From contig NC_086097.1 of assembly GCF_963921235.1 (NCBI RefSeq), forward strand, positions 123,568,001 to 123,632,000: a DNA stretch of 64,000 nucleotides, in the 5' to 3' direction. Shown piece after piece: positions 25,124 through 35,645 of this stretch. The notes under the pieces were generated by a model. That model did not search any database, was not told the DNA's origin, and saw only the letters and a list, made by a program, of their open reading frames with translations. This stretch comes from Mobula hypostoma. Its lineage: Eukaryota. The position numbers and the translations under genes are program-made. Position 1 is the first letter of the stretch; every line of letters begins with the position of its first letter.

Positions 25124-26976
25124 ATAGAAACATAGAAACATAAAAAATAGGTGCAGGAGTAGGCCATTCGGCCCTTCGAGCCTGCACCGCCATTTATTAT
25201 GATCATGGCTGATCATCCAACTCAGAACCCCGCCCCAGCCTTCCCTCCATACCCCCTGACCCCCATAGCCATAAGGGCCATATCTAACTCCCTCTTAAAT
25301 ATAGCCAATGAACTGGCCTCAACTGTTTCCTGTGGCAGAGAATTCCACAGATTCACCACTCTCTGTGTGAAGAAGTTTTTCCTAATCTCGGTCCTAAAAG
25401 GCTTCCCCTCTATCCTCAAACTGTGGCCCCTCGTTCTGGACTTCCCCAACATTGGGAACAATCTTCCTGCATCTAGCCTGTCCAATCCCTTTAGGATTTT
25501 ATATGTTTCAATCAGATCCCCCCTCAATCTTCTAAATTCCAACGAGTACAAGCCCAGTTCATCCAGTCTTTCTTCATATGAAAGTCCTGCCATCCCAGGA
25601 ATCAACCTGGTGAACCTTCTTTGTACTCCCTCTATGGCAAGGATGTCTTTCCTCAAATTAGGGGACCAAAACTGCACACAATACTCCAGGTGTGGTCTCA
25701 CCAAGGCCTTGTACAACTGCAGTAGTACCTCCCTGCTCCTGTACTCGAATCCTCTCGCTATAAATGCCAGCATACCATTCGCCTTTTTCACCGCCTGCTG
25801 TACCTGCATGCCCACTTTCAATGACTGGTGTATAATGACACCCAGGTCTCGTTGCACCTCCCCTTTTCCTAATCGGCCACCATTCAGATAATAATCTGTT
25901 TTCATATTTTTGCCACCAAAGTGGATAACTTCACATTTATCCACATTAAATTGCATCTGCCATGAATTTGCCCACTCACCAAACCTATCCAAGTCACCCT
26001 GCATCCTCTTAGCATCCTCCTCACAGTTAACACTGCCACCCAGCTTCATGTCATCCGCAAACTTGGAGATGCTGCATTTAATTCCCTCATCCAAGTCATT
26101 AATATATATTGTAAACAACTGGGGTCTCTGCACTGAGCCTTGCGGTACCCCACTAGTCACCGCCTGCCATTCTGAAAAGGTCCCGTTTATTCCCACTCTT
26201 TGCTTCCTGTCTGCTAACCAATTCTCCACCCACACCAATACCTTACCCCCAATACCGTGTGCTTTAAGTTTGCACACTAATCTCCTGTGTGGGACCTTGT
26301 CAAAAGCCTTTTGAAAATCCAAATATACCACATCCACTGGTTCTCCCCTATCCACTCTAGTTACATCCTCAAAAAATTCTATGAGATTCGTCAGGCATGA
26401 TTTTCCTTTCACAAATCCATGCTGACTTTGTCCGATCATTTCACCGCTTTCCAAATGTGCTGTTATCACATCCTTGATAACTGACTCCAGCAGTTTCCCC
26501 ACCACTGACGTTAGGCTAACCGGTCTATAATTCCCCGGTTTCTCTCTCCCTCCTTTTTTAAAAAGTGGGGTTACATTAGCCACCCTCCAATCCTCAGGAA
26601 CTAGTCCAGAATCTAACGAGTTTTGAAAAATTATCACTAATGCATCCACTATTTCTTGGGCTACTTCCTTAAGCACTCTAGGATGCAGACCATCTGGCCC
26701 TGGGGATTTATCTGCCTTCAATCCCTTCAATTTACCTAACACCACTTCCCTACTAACATGTATTTCGCTCAGTTCCTCCATCTCACTGGACCCTCTGTCC
26801 CCTACTATTTCTGGAAGATTATTTATGTCCTCCTTAGTGAAGACAGAACCAAAGTAATTATTCAATTAGTCTGCCATGTCCTTGCTCCCCATAATCAATT
26901 CACCTGTTTCTGTCCGCAGGAGACCTACATTTGTCTTTACCAGTCTTTTCCTTTTTACATATCTATAAAAGCTTTT
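25124..26976 (-). mobile_element. Young 5'-truncated CR1 LINE
   Basis: (tttctatg) tail at 25124-25145, short 3'UTR, open RT ORF. Confidence 0.95.
25222..26865 (-). CDS. CR1 ORF2 reverse transcriptase and C-terminal region (547 aa, truncated; TE-derived)
   Basis: KSPGPDG, NYRPVSLTS, QHGF, YLDFQKAFDKV, SGVPQGSV, FADD, HLEYCVQFWSP; an in-frame stop just upstream. Confidence 0.9.
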   Translation of the reverse strand: MNNYFGSVFTKEDINNLPEIVGDRGSSEMEELSEIHVSREVVLGKLKGLKADKSPGPDGLHPRVLKEVAQEIVDALVIIFQNSLDSGLVPEDWRVANVTPLFKKGGREKPGNYRPVSLTSVVGKLLESVIKDVITAHLESGEMIGQSQHGFVKGKSCLTNLIEFFEDVTRVDRGEPVDVVYLDFQKAFDKVPHRRLVCKLKAHGIGGKVLVWVENWLADRKQRVGINGTFSEWQAVTSGVPQGSVQRPQLFTIYINDLDEGIKCSISKFADDMKLGGSVNCEEDAKRMQGDLDRFGEWANSWQMQFNVDKCEVIHFGGKNMKTDYYLNGGRLGKGEVQRDLGVIIHQSLKVGMQVQQAVKKANGMLAFIARGFEYRSREVLLQLYKALVRPHLEYCVQFWSPNLRKDILAIEGVQRRFTRLIPGMAGLSYEERLDELGLYSLEFRRLRGDLIETYKILKGLDRLDAGRLFPMLGKSRTRGHSLRIEGKPFRTEIRKNFFTQRVVNLWNSLPQETVEASSLAIFKRELDMALMAMGVRGYGGKAGAGF

Positions 26977-27291
26977 ATCTACCGTACGTGATTGAGAAGC
27001 CACAATCTTTTTCTAAACCTGACAAAGGAGGGGAGTGTAATGGAGTTAATCGAAATATTGTCTCCTACTTTCCTCAGAAGGTCAATAAAACAAGACCCCT
27101 TGGAGATCTACGGTAAACCTTGGGTTTCATCTTCCAGTTATAGGACAATGTTAACATGGAAAAGTTTTCTGATTAAGCCATACTGCTGATACTAATGGCC
27201 AGTGTCTGATCTATATAATTTTGTTCACTGATTTCCTGTCTGAGCTGGATGGAAACTTCATTGGCCAAGATTAATTGAAGCCCAGAAGTTA

Positions 27292-27515
27292 ATTCTTCTT
27301 CTTCTTCTTTTAGCCCTTAACTCTGAGTGGAGTCATCGGGCCGCCGTCATAACAGTGTTTTTTTAGCAGGTTTTCTTATTTTTACGAGGCCGAGTTGCTA
27401 GCTCGACACTCAACCCAGCACAGATGGAAAGCGTGCAAGGGAGCCAGCTGGATTCAAACTCGGGAGCCTTCGCTCCGAAGTCCGGCACTGATGCCACTAC
27501 GCCACCAGTCGGCTT
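27292..27515 (-). mobile_element. tRNA-derived SINE with RTE-like body and (GAA)n tail
   Basis: A box TGGCGTAGTGG, B box GTTTGAATCC, gacttcgga anticodon arm (Arg-TCG-like); 11-bp TSD CCCAGAAGTTA (27281-27291, 27516-27526). Confidence 0.85.
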
Positions 27516-27706
27516 CCCAGAAGTTAGTAACACGATTTTATTTCTGAAACAGCAGGTAGATTCTAATTGACACTGCTACTCCATCATTAAAGGCTTCTCC
27601 AAACCCAAATCTGGAGCATTGATTGTGTGCCCATCACTTCTTTATTCCTGATGTACCATAGAAATATTGAAGTATCTTTACTTCCATCACAGTAGCATTT
27701 TTATAC

Positions 27707-28295
27707 AAAGTTCAAGGTAAATTTAATATCGAAGGACGTATATATCAACAAATACAACTCTGAGATTCATATTCTTGCAGGCATTCAGAGTAGAATAAGG
27801 AAGCTCAATAGAATCAATGAAAAACTGTACACAAATTAAGACTGACAAACTACCAATTTTCTAAAGAAGATAAACTGTGCAAATATCAACAAACAAACAA
27901 AATAAGTAAATAAAAATTAATGAAAAAATACTATAAATTACAAAAAGCAGTAATCTACATATAATTAAATTAAATAGGTAGTGCAAAATGAAAACAAAAA
28001 TGGTGAGGTAGTGTTCATGGGTTATTTCTTTGTCTGTTCAAAATCTGATTGTGGATGGGAAGAAGCTGTCCCTAAAATGCTGAGGCTGTCTCTTCATGAT
28101 CCTCTACATTCTCTCCGACGGTATTTCCTGGGTGGAGAAGACCTTAATAATGGATACCACCTCTTTGAGGCATCGCTTTATGAAGTTGGCCTCAATGTTG
28201 GCGAAGCTTGTGGCCATGGTGGAGTTGGCTGAGTTTGTAATCCTCTGCAGCTTTTTCTGATCCTGTGCAGTGGCCCTTCCACACCAGCTCCAACC
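27707..28295 (-). mobile_element. Rex1/Babar 3' fragments
   Basis: 3'UTR family plus a degenerate AGVEGPLHRIRKSC (WYG region) remnant. Confidence 0.7.
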
Positions 28296-28604
28296 AGGTA
28301 TCAGAGGTTCAGAGCTTACTTCAAGTTAATGTGTAAATCTTTCCCTTCCCATGTAATCCCAGCACTAGAATATTTGCAGCGCACACAAGTTAATGTGTGA
28401 TAAAATTCAGAAATCGGGATAGAAGGCCAATTATATCAATACAATATTTCCTTTCCTTCAGCGAAAGGATAGTTTCATTTTCTTTTGCAAGAAACATATC
28501 TTATCAGCCTTAAAGATGAATTGATTAAATATGATTTTTTTTTCATTTCAGTTATCCTCAATCATCCCTTACTGAGCCCTGAACACAGCATCCTTTAGAA
28601 ATGA

Positions 28605-28980
28605 GAACACAGAATATTACAGCATTGTCATAGTCATAGTCAAAGTCATAGTCATACTTTATTAATCCCAGGGGAAATTAGTTTTCATTACAGTTGCTCC
28701 ATAAATAATAAATAGTAATAGAATCATAGAACCATTGTACAGGCCCCTCAGCCCACAAAGTTGTGCCGACCTTTTAATCTACTGTAAAATCAATCTAACC
28801 CTTCTCTCCTACGTAGACCTCCATGTTTCTATCATGTGTGCGCCTATCTAAGAGTTTCTTAAATGTATCTGCCTCCACCACAACCCTGGCAGAGCATTCC
28901 ACGTACTCACCACTCTCTGTGTAAAAAAACTACCTATGACCCAATACTTTCCTCCAAACATCTTAAAATAATGCCCCCTT
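28605..28980 (-). mobile_element. CR1 3' end with a nested Rex1 tail (28628-28735)
   Basis: acaggcccctcagccc..ctcaccactctctgtgtaaaaaa; cattgt duplicated around the (agtcat)n insert. Confidence 0.75.
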
Positions 28981-29189
28981 TATTATGGCCTGCAAATTAT
29001 TACTAGCTGTGTTCTGGCCTTTCTGTCACCGATTATTTTTTCCTTCACTTACTTTAAAAGCTTCTCTTTCCACCATAAAATACTGCCAAATTTAGTTTCT
29101 TAGAATTTTCCATGGGCCCAATGCTGTTTACTAATGACCTGCATGTGATCACCCTCTAACTCTCTAATGCACACAGTGAATAGGCTAGG

Positions 29190-30197
29190 AGTGTATCTAT
29201 AACTTTTTCCTCCTAACAGATAGTGCTCAGCAAGACAAAGTGCTAAGATTAAATAAAATAGTCAGCAAAGAAGTACAATGCTCAATACCCAACATTAGAA
29301 AGTGGACTAGAGGAGTTATTTCGGGGATACCAACAAAAGTTACTATGGATGAGATTAAACAGAACATAAAAGGAGCAAAAATTATTCAGGCCAAACGTTT
29401 GAAAGTTACAAGAAACGGAGAAAGTGTGATAGTTTATCGGTTATGATTAACTTTGATGAAGAGAGATTGCCGACTAAAGGGTATATATGTTATGAGGTCA
29501 GAATATATATACCACCGCTTTTAAGATGCTTTAAATGTCAGAAATTTTGGACATATTGCAGTGGACTGCAGAGGGAAACAAAAGATGTGGGAGATGCCCT
29601 GGAGAACATGAATACAGGAAATGTGAGGTGGGAGCTAGGCTGAAATGCTGCAATTGTGGCGAGGAGCACAGCGCAGCTTATCGAGGGTGCATTTATAGCA
29701 AGAAAGCGGCTGAGATACAATATGTAAAAGTAACTCAAGGAATCAGTTACGCAGAAGCAGTGAAAGGATTTGCTGAAAAGGAGAAGACTATCAAGCAAAC
29801 AAATACAGGGAATAATAAACCAGTGAATTGTGAGGGCTGTAATATGATAAATAAAAATACACTAATAATGAGTAGAAAGGATTTCGTACTGTTTATGGTA
29901 GGTGCAATTAACTGTTCAGCACAAAAAACAAAAGAACTGAAAAAATTAAAATTATAGTCAAGTCTGCAGAAAAATATCTTGGTATTACAGGACTTAGGTG
30001 GGAAGTAGTCAAAGAAATGCTGAATGGAGGATCAAACAGTTCACAGGCAGGGGAGGCGGGATATTAATGGCAGTATATATTTTACAATGGAATGCAAGGA
30101 GTCTTATCGCAAATGGTCAAGAATTTAAGAAATATGTATCAGAACTTAAGGAAAAACCTCAGATTTTATGTATACAAGAAACATGGTTGAAACCGAG
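29190..30197 (+). mobile_element. Nimb/I-group LINE internal fragment: ORF1 gag knuckles plus ORF2 APE start
   Basis: YIPPLLRCFKCQKF/GHIAVDC, RCGRCPGEHEYRKC, KCCNCGEEHSAAYRGC; then MAVYILQWNARSLIANGQEFKK..LCIQETWLKP. Confidence 0.88.
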
Positions 30198-30199
30198 GG

Positions 30200-30710
30200 T
30201 AAATGTGCAGAACTCCAGCAACAAATAGAAGTACTCAATAAGAACAACTGTGAGTTGGAAAAGAGATTGGAAAAATGGAGGAACTTATCACAAAGTTATA
30301 AAAAGAAAAGGAATTGTTGCAAAGTGAATTATCTACATTCAGATTATAAAATGAAAACATGGAAACAAATGAAGAAGAACTTTGAGATCTCAGTAAACAA
30401 CTACAAGCTATGATTCAAGAAAAAGAAAACTTGGAAATAGCAGATAGACTTGAAAAACAGCAATTTTTAAAGTTAAGAATGTGATAATTAGTATTATTAA
30501 ACAAGAAGACTTTAGTCTTACAAATGATGCAGATGATAACAATGTAATTGAAGTAATGCAATTACTTGAAAACCATGTGACAAAAACTAAGAAAGAAAAG
30601 CAGTTTGCAGCACTGCTATCTAATGAGCGCATACAGCATTCGCAAGAGGAATTGCAATTACAGAGTGATGCAAATACAGATCTGTAGGCTGAACTAGGTT
30701 GTCTAAAGTA
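30200..30710 (+). pseudogene. gcc2: Degenerate coiled-coil gene fragment, GCC2 (GCC185)-like
   Basis: With frameshifts and stops: KCAELQQQIEVLNKNNCELEKRLEK..KEKELLQSELS..LSKQLQAMIQEKENLE..VKNVIISIIKQEDFSLTNDADDNNVIEVMQLLENHVTKTKKEKQFAALLSNERIQHSQEEL; resembles, from memory, the GCC2 segment DVVNVLQAVGESLAKINEEKCNLAFQRDEKV. Confidence 0.5.
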
Positions 30711-30799
30711 GAGTACTCCAGGACATATTTGGTTGAAATTAGAACACCACAAGTCTAGCAGGTGGCAGTAATGCACCTTAAAGCTGGTTTGCCAACCGC

Positions 30800-31128
30800 C
30801 ATAAAACAACACAAGAGGAAGAAATACTCAGTGTATTTCAGTCCTGTGTTTTCACCTGTTTGTTGCCAGATTGTGCCAGTGAATTTTCCTGAGCCTTTCT
30901 GTGAATTTGTATCTATACTCTGTCTGTCTGTCTGAATATTCACTCAGCCTGTTTCCCAATTCTGGTTTTTGGATTTCTCTGGACGTTTTGATCTCTGCCT
31001 GAATTTTGATGCTGTCTTTGTTTGTACCTTGGGATTTGTTACTCAATTAATATCACTGTGTGCACAGTACACACTGAGTACTGAGTACACACAGTCTGTG
31101 ATTGGATCCCTGCTCCAGTGTTCTGACA
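30800..31128 (+). mobile_element. Probable Gypsy-like LTR fragment
   Basis: tatttcagtcctgtgttttcacctg..ttgccagatt pattern, T-rich body, ends ..ctgaca; the left end is not defined. Confidence 0.4.
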
Positions 31129-31440
31129 GCAGTTCACAACTACATATGTGCTGGCCTGTCTGCACCACTCTCCGCACCACTCTCTGCAGAGTCCTGCTAT
31201 TAAGGGAGGTACAGTTCCCGTACCAGGCAGTGATGCAGCCAGTCAGGATGTTCTCAATTGTGCCGCTGTAGAAAGTTAGCTCAATCACTTGACAGCACCA
31301 ACTATAAGATCAGGGCTCGATTCCTGCTACTGTCTGTAAGGAGTGTGTATGTTCTCCCTGTGCCTTGTGGGTTTCCTTGGGGTGTTCTGGATTCCTCCCA
31401 CATTCCAAAGACATACAGTTAAAGTCAGTAAGTTGTGGGC
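31128..31440. mobile_element. Rex1/Babar fragment (minus, 31128-31277) followed by a V-SINE/HE1-like SINE (plus)
   Basis: TFYSGTIENILTGCITAWYGNC; V-domain atgttctccctgtg..gtgggtttcc..ttcctcccacattccaaagac. Confidence 0.8.
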
Positions 31441-31444
31441 ATGA

Positions 31445-33268
31445 GATAATGCACCCATAAGAAGACATGAGATTGCTCTGGCAGACAGGGTGAAGGAGAA
31501 TCCCAAAGGGCTTCTACAGACAGATTAAGAGTAAAAGGACAGCAAAGGAGAATATTGGTCCTTTTAAAGATCAAAGTGGTCATCTATGCATGGAGCCAAA
31601 AGAGAAGGGCAGATCTTAAATGGACTGTTTACCTCTATGTTTACAAATGTAGACACAGAGTCTATAGAAGCGAGGCAAAACACCACAGAAGTTATGGACC
31701 CAGCAGTAGGTCTGCAGATTACAGAGGAGAATGTGTTTGCTGCCTTCAGGCAACTTAGAGCAGACAGATCCCCAGGGCCTGACAAGGTGTTCCCTCGGAC
31801 CTTGTGAGACGAGAGTGCAGAAAGAGTCAGGGGCCCAAGCAGAGGTATTTAAAATATCCTGAGCGACAGGTGAGGTGCTGGAGGACTGGAGGATAGCTAA
31901 TGTTGTTCCATTATTTAAGAAGCGCTCTAAAAATAAGCCGGTGAGCCTGACATCTGTAGAGGGTATGTTATTGAAGGTACTCTAAGGGTCTAAATAAACA
32001 AGTATTTAGATAGATGGGGACTGATTGGAGATAACCAACATGGCTTTGTGCGCAGTTATTCATGTCTAACCAATCTTGTAGAGTTTTTCAAGGAAGATAC
32101 CAGGAAGGCAGGGCAGGGGATGTTGTCTACACGGATTTACGAAGGCTTTTGATGATGTTCCAGATGGGAGGTTGGTCAAGAAGGTTTAGTCACTTGGCAT
32201 TCAGGATAAGGTAGTAAACTGGATTAGAGATTGGCTTCATGGGAGAAGCCAGAGTGGTAGCAAATGGTTGCCTCCCTGACTAGTGCTGTGTTGCAGGGAT
32301 CGGTGCTGTGTCCGTTGTTGGTTGTCATCTACATCAACAATCTGGAAGATATTTTTGTAAACTGGATCAGCAGATCTGTGGGTAACACCAAGATTGGGGG
32401 CATAGAGGTCAGTAAGGAAAGCTATGGAAGCTTGTAGCGGGATCTGGACTATTTAAAAAAAAATGGGCTGGAAGATGACAGATGGAATTTAATGAAGACA
32501 AGTGTGAGGTGTTTCATTTTTGGAGGACAAACCAGGTCGGATGCACACGGTGAGTGGTACAGCGCTGAGAAGTATGGTAGATAGAGGGATCTGGTAACAC
32601 AGGCCCATAATTCCTTGAAAGTGGCATCACAGGTAGATAGGGTCGTAAAGGGACCTTTTGGGACATTGGCCTTCAGAAATCAAAATATTGAGGACAGAAG
32701 TTGGGATGCTATGTTGAAGTTGCATAAAATGTTGGTGAAGCATAATTTGGAGTTTTGTGTATGGTTCTGGTCACCTACTTACAAGAAAGATTTCAATAAG
32801 TTTGAAAGAGTGCAAAGAAAATCTACAAGGATGTTGCCAGGACTTGAGGACCTGTGTTATAGGGAATGATTGAATAGGCTAGTACTTTATTCTCTAGAGT
32901 GTAGAAGAATGAGGGGAGATTTGATAGAGGTATACAAAATTATGAAGGGTATAGATGCAAGTAAATGCAAGTAAGCTTTTTCCACTGAGGTTGGGTGTGA
33001 CTAGAATGAGAGGTCATTGGTTAAGGGTGAAAAGTAAAATGTTTAAGGGGAACATGAGGGGCAACTTCTTTGCTCAGAGGGTGCTGAGTGCATGGAATGA
33101 ACTGTTAGTGAAGGTTTGATTTCAAAACTTTGGATAGGTACATGGATGGTAGGATAATGGAGTACTATGGACCAGGTGCAAGCTTATTGGACTATTCAGA
33201 TCAATGGTTCAGCATGGACTAGGTGGGCCAAAAGACCTGCTTTATGTTGTGAAGTTCAATGACTCTAT
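31445..33268 (+). mobile_element. CR1 LINE, degraded ORF2 plus 3'UTR
   Basis: RSPGPDKVFPRTL, QHGFV..CLTNL, HNLEFCVWFWSP, RMRGDLIEVYKIM, and tail. Confidence 0.9.
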
Positions 33269-33768
33269 AACACATGAGAACTACCCAGTACAATCCATAT
33301 TTATTTGATTTGACATTAACAACGTAATTCACTGTATCTTGCAATGTACAGGCACATAATCTTTATCATTTCACCTTCCTTGCTTGAGTCTTTCCCCGCA
33401 CTTACTCTTCTTCCACTCTTCAATTTTTCAGAAAGTAGAATCGTACAACATGGAAACAGGTCCTTTGGATCAGCTCCTCCACTCTGACCAATGGACACCC
33501 TCTGTGTTAATCCAATTCCCCAGCCCTTGGCACATAGCTTTCCAGGTTTAAGCAATTCAAATGCTCACCTGGAGATTTCTTAAATGCTATCAGTGACTCA
33601 GCTTCAACCATTCTCTTGGGCAGTACATTTAAGGTACTTCCCACCATCTGGGTGAAGGTGGTCCCCTCATGTTCCCTCTAAATATCTTGCTGCTACTCAA
33701 AATCTATGTTCCTTTGTTTTATCTACCTCCAGTATGAGCAAAAGTATCCAGAAGTCTCTATTATCTAT

Positions 33769-34647
33769 ACTCTTTATTAGATACACTTGTAACACCTGCT
33801 TGTTAATGCAAATATCTAATTCGCAACTCAATGCATAAAAGCATGCAGATGTGGTAAAGAGGTTCAGTTGTTGTTCAGTTCAAACATCAGAATGGGGAAG
33901 AAATGTGATCTAAGTGACTATAACTGTGAAATGGTTGTTGGTGCCAGATGGGGTGGGTTGATTATCTCAGAAACCGCTAATCGCCTGGGATTTTCATGTA
34001 CGGCAGTCTCTAGAGTTTACAGAGAGTGGTGTGAAAAACAAAAAATATTCAGTAAGTTGCAGTTCTGTGGGTGAACATAGTTTGTTAATGGGAGAGGTCA
34101 GAGGAGAATGGCCAGACTGGTTCAAGCTGAGAGGAAGGTGACAGTAACTCAAATAACCAAGTATTACAACAGTAATGTGCAGGAGAGCATCTCTGAATGC
34201 ACAGCCCATCGAACCTCGAAGTAGATGGGCTACAGCAGCAGAATATCGTGAACATACAGGCGCCACAGTAGCATAGGAGTTAGCACGATGCTATTACAGC
34301 TCAGGGCACTCTGCAGTTGGCATGATGGTATAGAGGTTAGTGCCACGCTATTACGCTCTTTCAGTTCCGGTGTTATTCTGTAAGGAGACTCGGTTCACCC
34401 TTCCCATGGAGTGTGTGGGTTTTCTCCAGGTCTTCTAGTTTCCTCCCTCAGTCTAGAGACGTACTGGGTAGGCTAATTGTCCCATGATTAAGTTAGGGTG
34501 GATCAGGTTGGTCGGGGGTTGCTGCTGTGGCAAGGCTCAGAGGGCTGGAATAGCCTAATCCATGCTGTATCACTAAATAACATAAAATATAATCTGTGGC
34601 CAATTTATTGGGTAAAGGAGGGACTTAATAAAGTGACCACCAAGTGT
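33769..34647 (+). mobile_element. Three-TIR Tc1 derivative (with a V-SINE inserted)
   Basis: TA flanks; MGKKCDLSDYNCEMVVGARWGGLIISETANRLGFS; terminal TIR-TIR palindrome at 34590-34647. Confidence 0.8.
34259..34585 (+). mobile_element. V-SINE/HE1-like SINE (head partly duplicated)
   Basis: ggcgccacagtagcatag head; V domain gtgggttttctccagg..tttcctccctcagtctagagacgt; taaata tail. Confidence 0.75.
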
Positions 34648-34669
34648 ATACCCCTTATAATTTTATATA

Positions 34670-35204
34670 ATGGTAGTCCTTCGGATTGGAAGAAGACACA
34701 GAAACCCATCTGTGATGGAGTTTTAAGTGGAACAGCCGTTGCACAGGGGCAATCCCACTCTCTCGGCAGAAGAGACCTTGATCCAGTGGCATGGACAACC
34801 GTTAGGGCTGGAGCCCTCTCCTGCTGCAGTGGATGACCAGGACGTCTAAGTGTCTTGTCATGCTCGCAGCGCTCCACAACGCCTGCTGGCCTGCCTTCTT
34901 GACCATTGGACCATTTATTGGTCTCGTCCACTCAACCTTCCAGGGCCAGACTTCACACGCTGGGATAGACAGATCCCCTACCTCACCGAGGGTCGAAGAC
35001 CCGTTGGCTGCCCTCGCCTGGTTTGGGCCGTCTGCCGAGACGGTTTACCAGGGTGTGGCCGCTGCGCGTATTACAGCTACTTGGAGCCACAGGTGAGAGC
35101 TGAGCGCCGGGTGAGGACCAAAGGTGGATGAGCTGCCCTGAAAAAGGACACGGCAGGCCCCCCTACCAGAGGTGCTACCCCTCCCTAGATACCCCATACA
35201 CCCC
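34670..35204 (-). mobile_element. GC-rich non-autonomous RTE-related element
   Basis: 13-bp TSD ATAATTTTATATA (34657-34669, 35205-35217); 5' gggaggggtagcacctctgg..gggcagctcatccacctttggt; 3' tcttccaatccgaaggactacc. Confidence 0.7.
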
Positions 35205-35645
35205 ATAATTTTATATACCTCTAACATACCCCCCCAAACTCCTCTGTTGAAGGGAGCACAGCCCAAGCTCCTCCAGTTTCTCTTCATAACTGAACTGTTC
35301 CATCCCAGGAGAAGCTCTAGTAAGATGTATCTGTATTTCAGTGGAGTAAAGGGAACTACAGACGCTTGGGAAAGGAGTTGGCCGGAATTGATTGGAAAAG
35401 TTCACTGGATGATGACAGAACAGCAGTGGCTGGAATTTCTGGAAGCCAGTCAGAAAGCACAGGATACATACATCCCGAAGAGAAGGAAGTATTCCGACAC
35501 AACTGGGCTATGAGAGAAGTCAAAGGCAACATAAAAGCCAAAAAGAGGGCATATAATAGAGCAAAAATTAGTGGGAAAGAGGACTGGGAAACTTTTAAAA
35601 AACAACGGAAGGTAACTAAAAATGTTATTGAGAAGGTAAAGATGG

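Larger units (their letters stand above)
33436..35315 (-). mobile_element. Old CR1 3' fragment hosting Tc1, V-SINE and RTE-derived inserts
   Basis: CR1 sequence ctatcta|taccccttataattttatata|cctctaac is collinear across the inserts. Confidence 0.7.

Noticed and set aside
25199..26314. 230-aa and 134-aa plus-strand ORFs
   Set aside because: Antisense shadows of the intact CR1 ORF2; no independent motif
27440..27515. tRNA-like sequence as a functional tRNA gene
   Set aside because: No proper acceptor stem; it continues into a SINE body and tail bounded by TSDs
28628..28660. (AGTCAT)n and similar short arrays as CRISPR or satellite
   Set aside because: These are LINE 3' tails next to AATAAA; there is no repeat-spacer structure or cas gene in the window
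34498..35287. Overlapping 80-112-aa ORFs in GC-rich DNA
   Set aside because: They span boundaries of unrelated inserts; stop-poor only because of GC content
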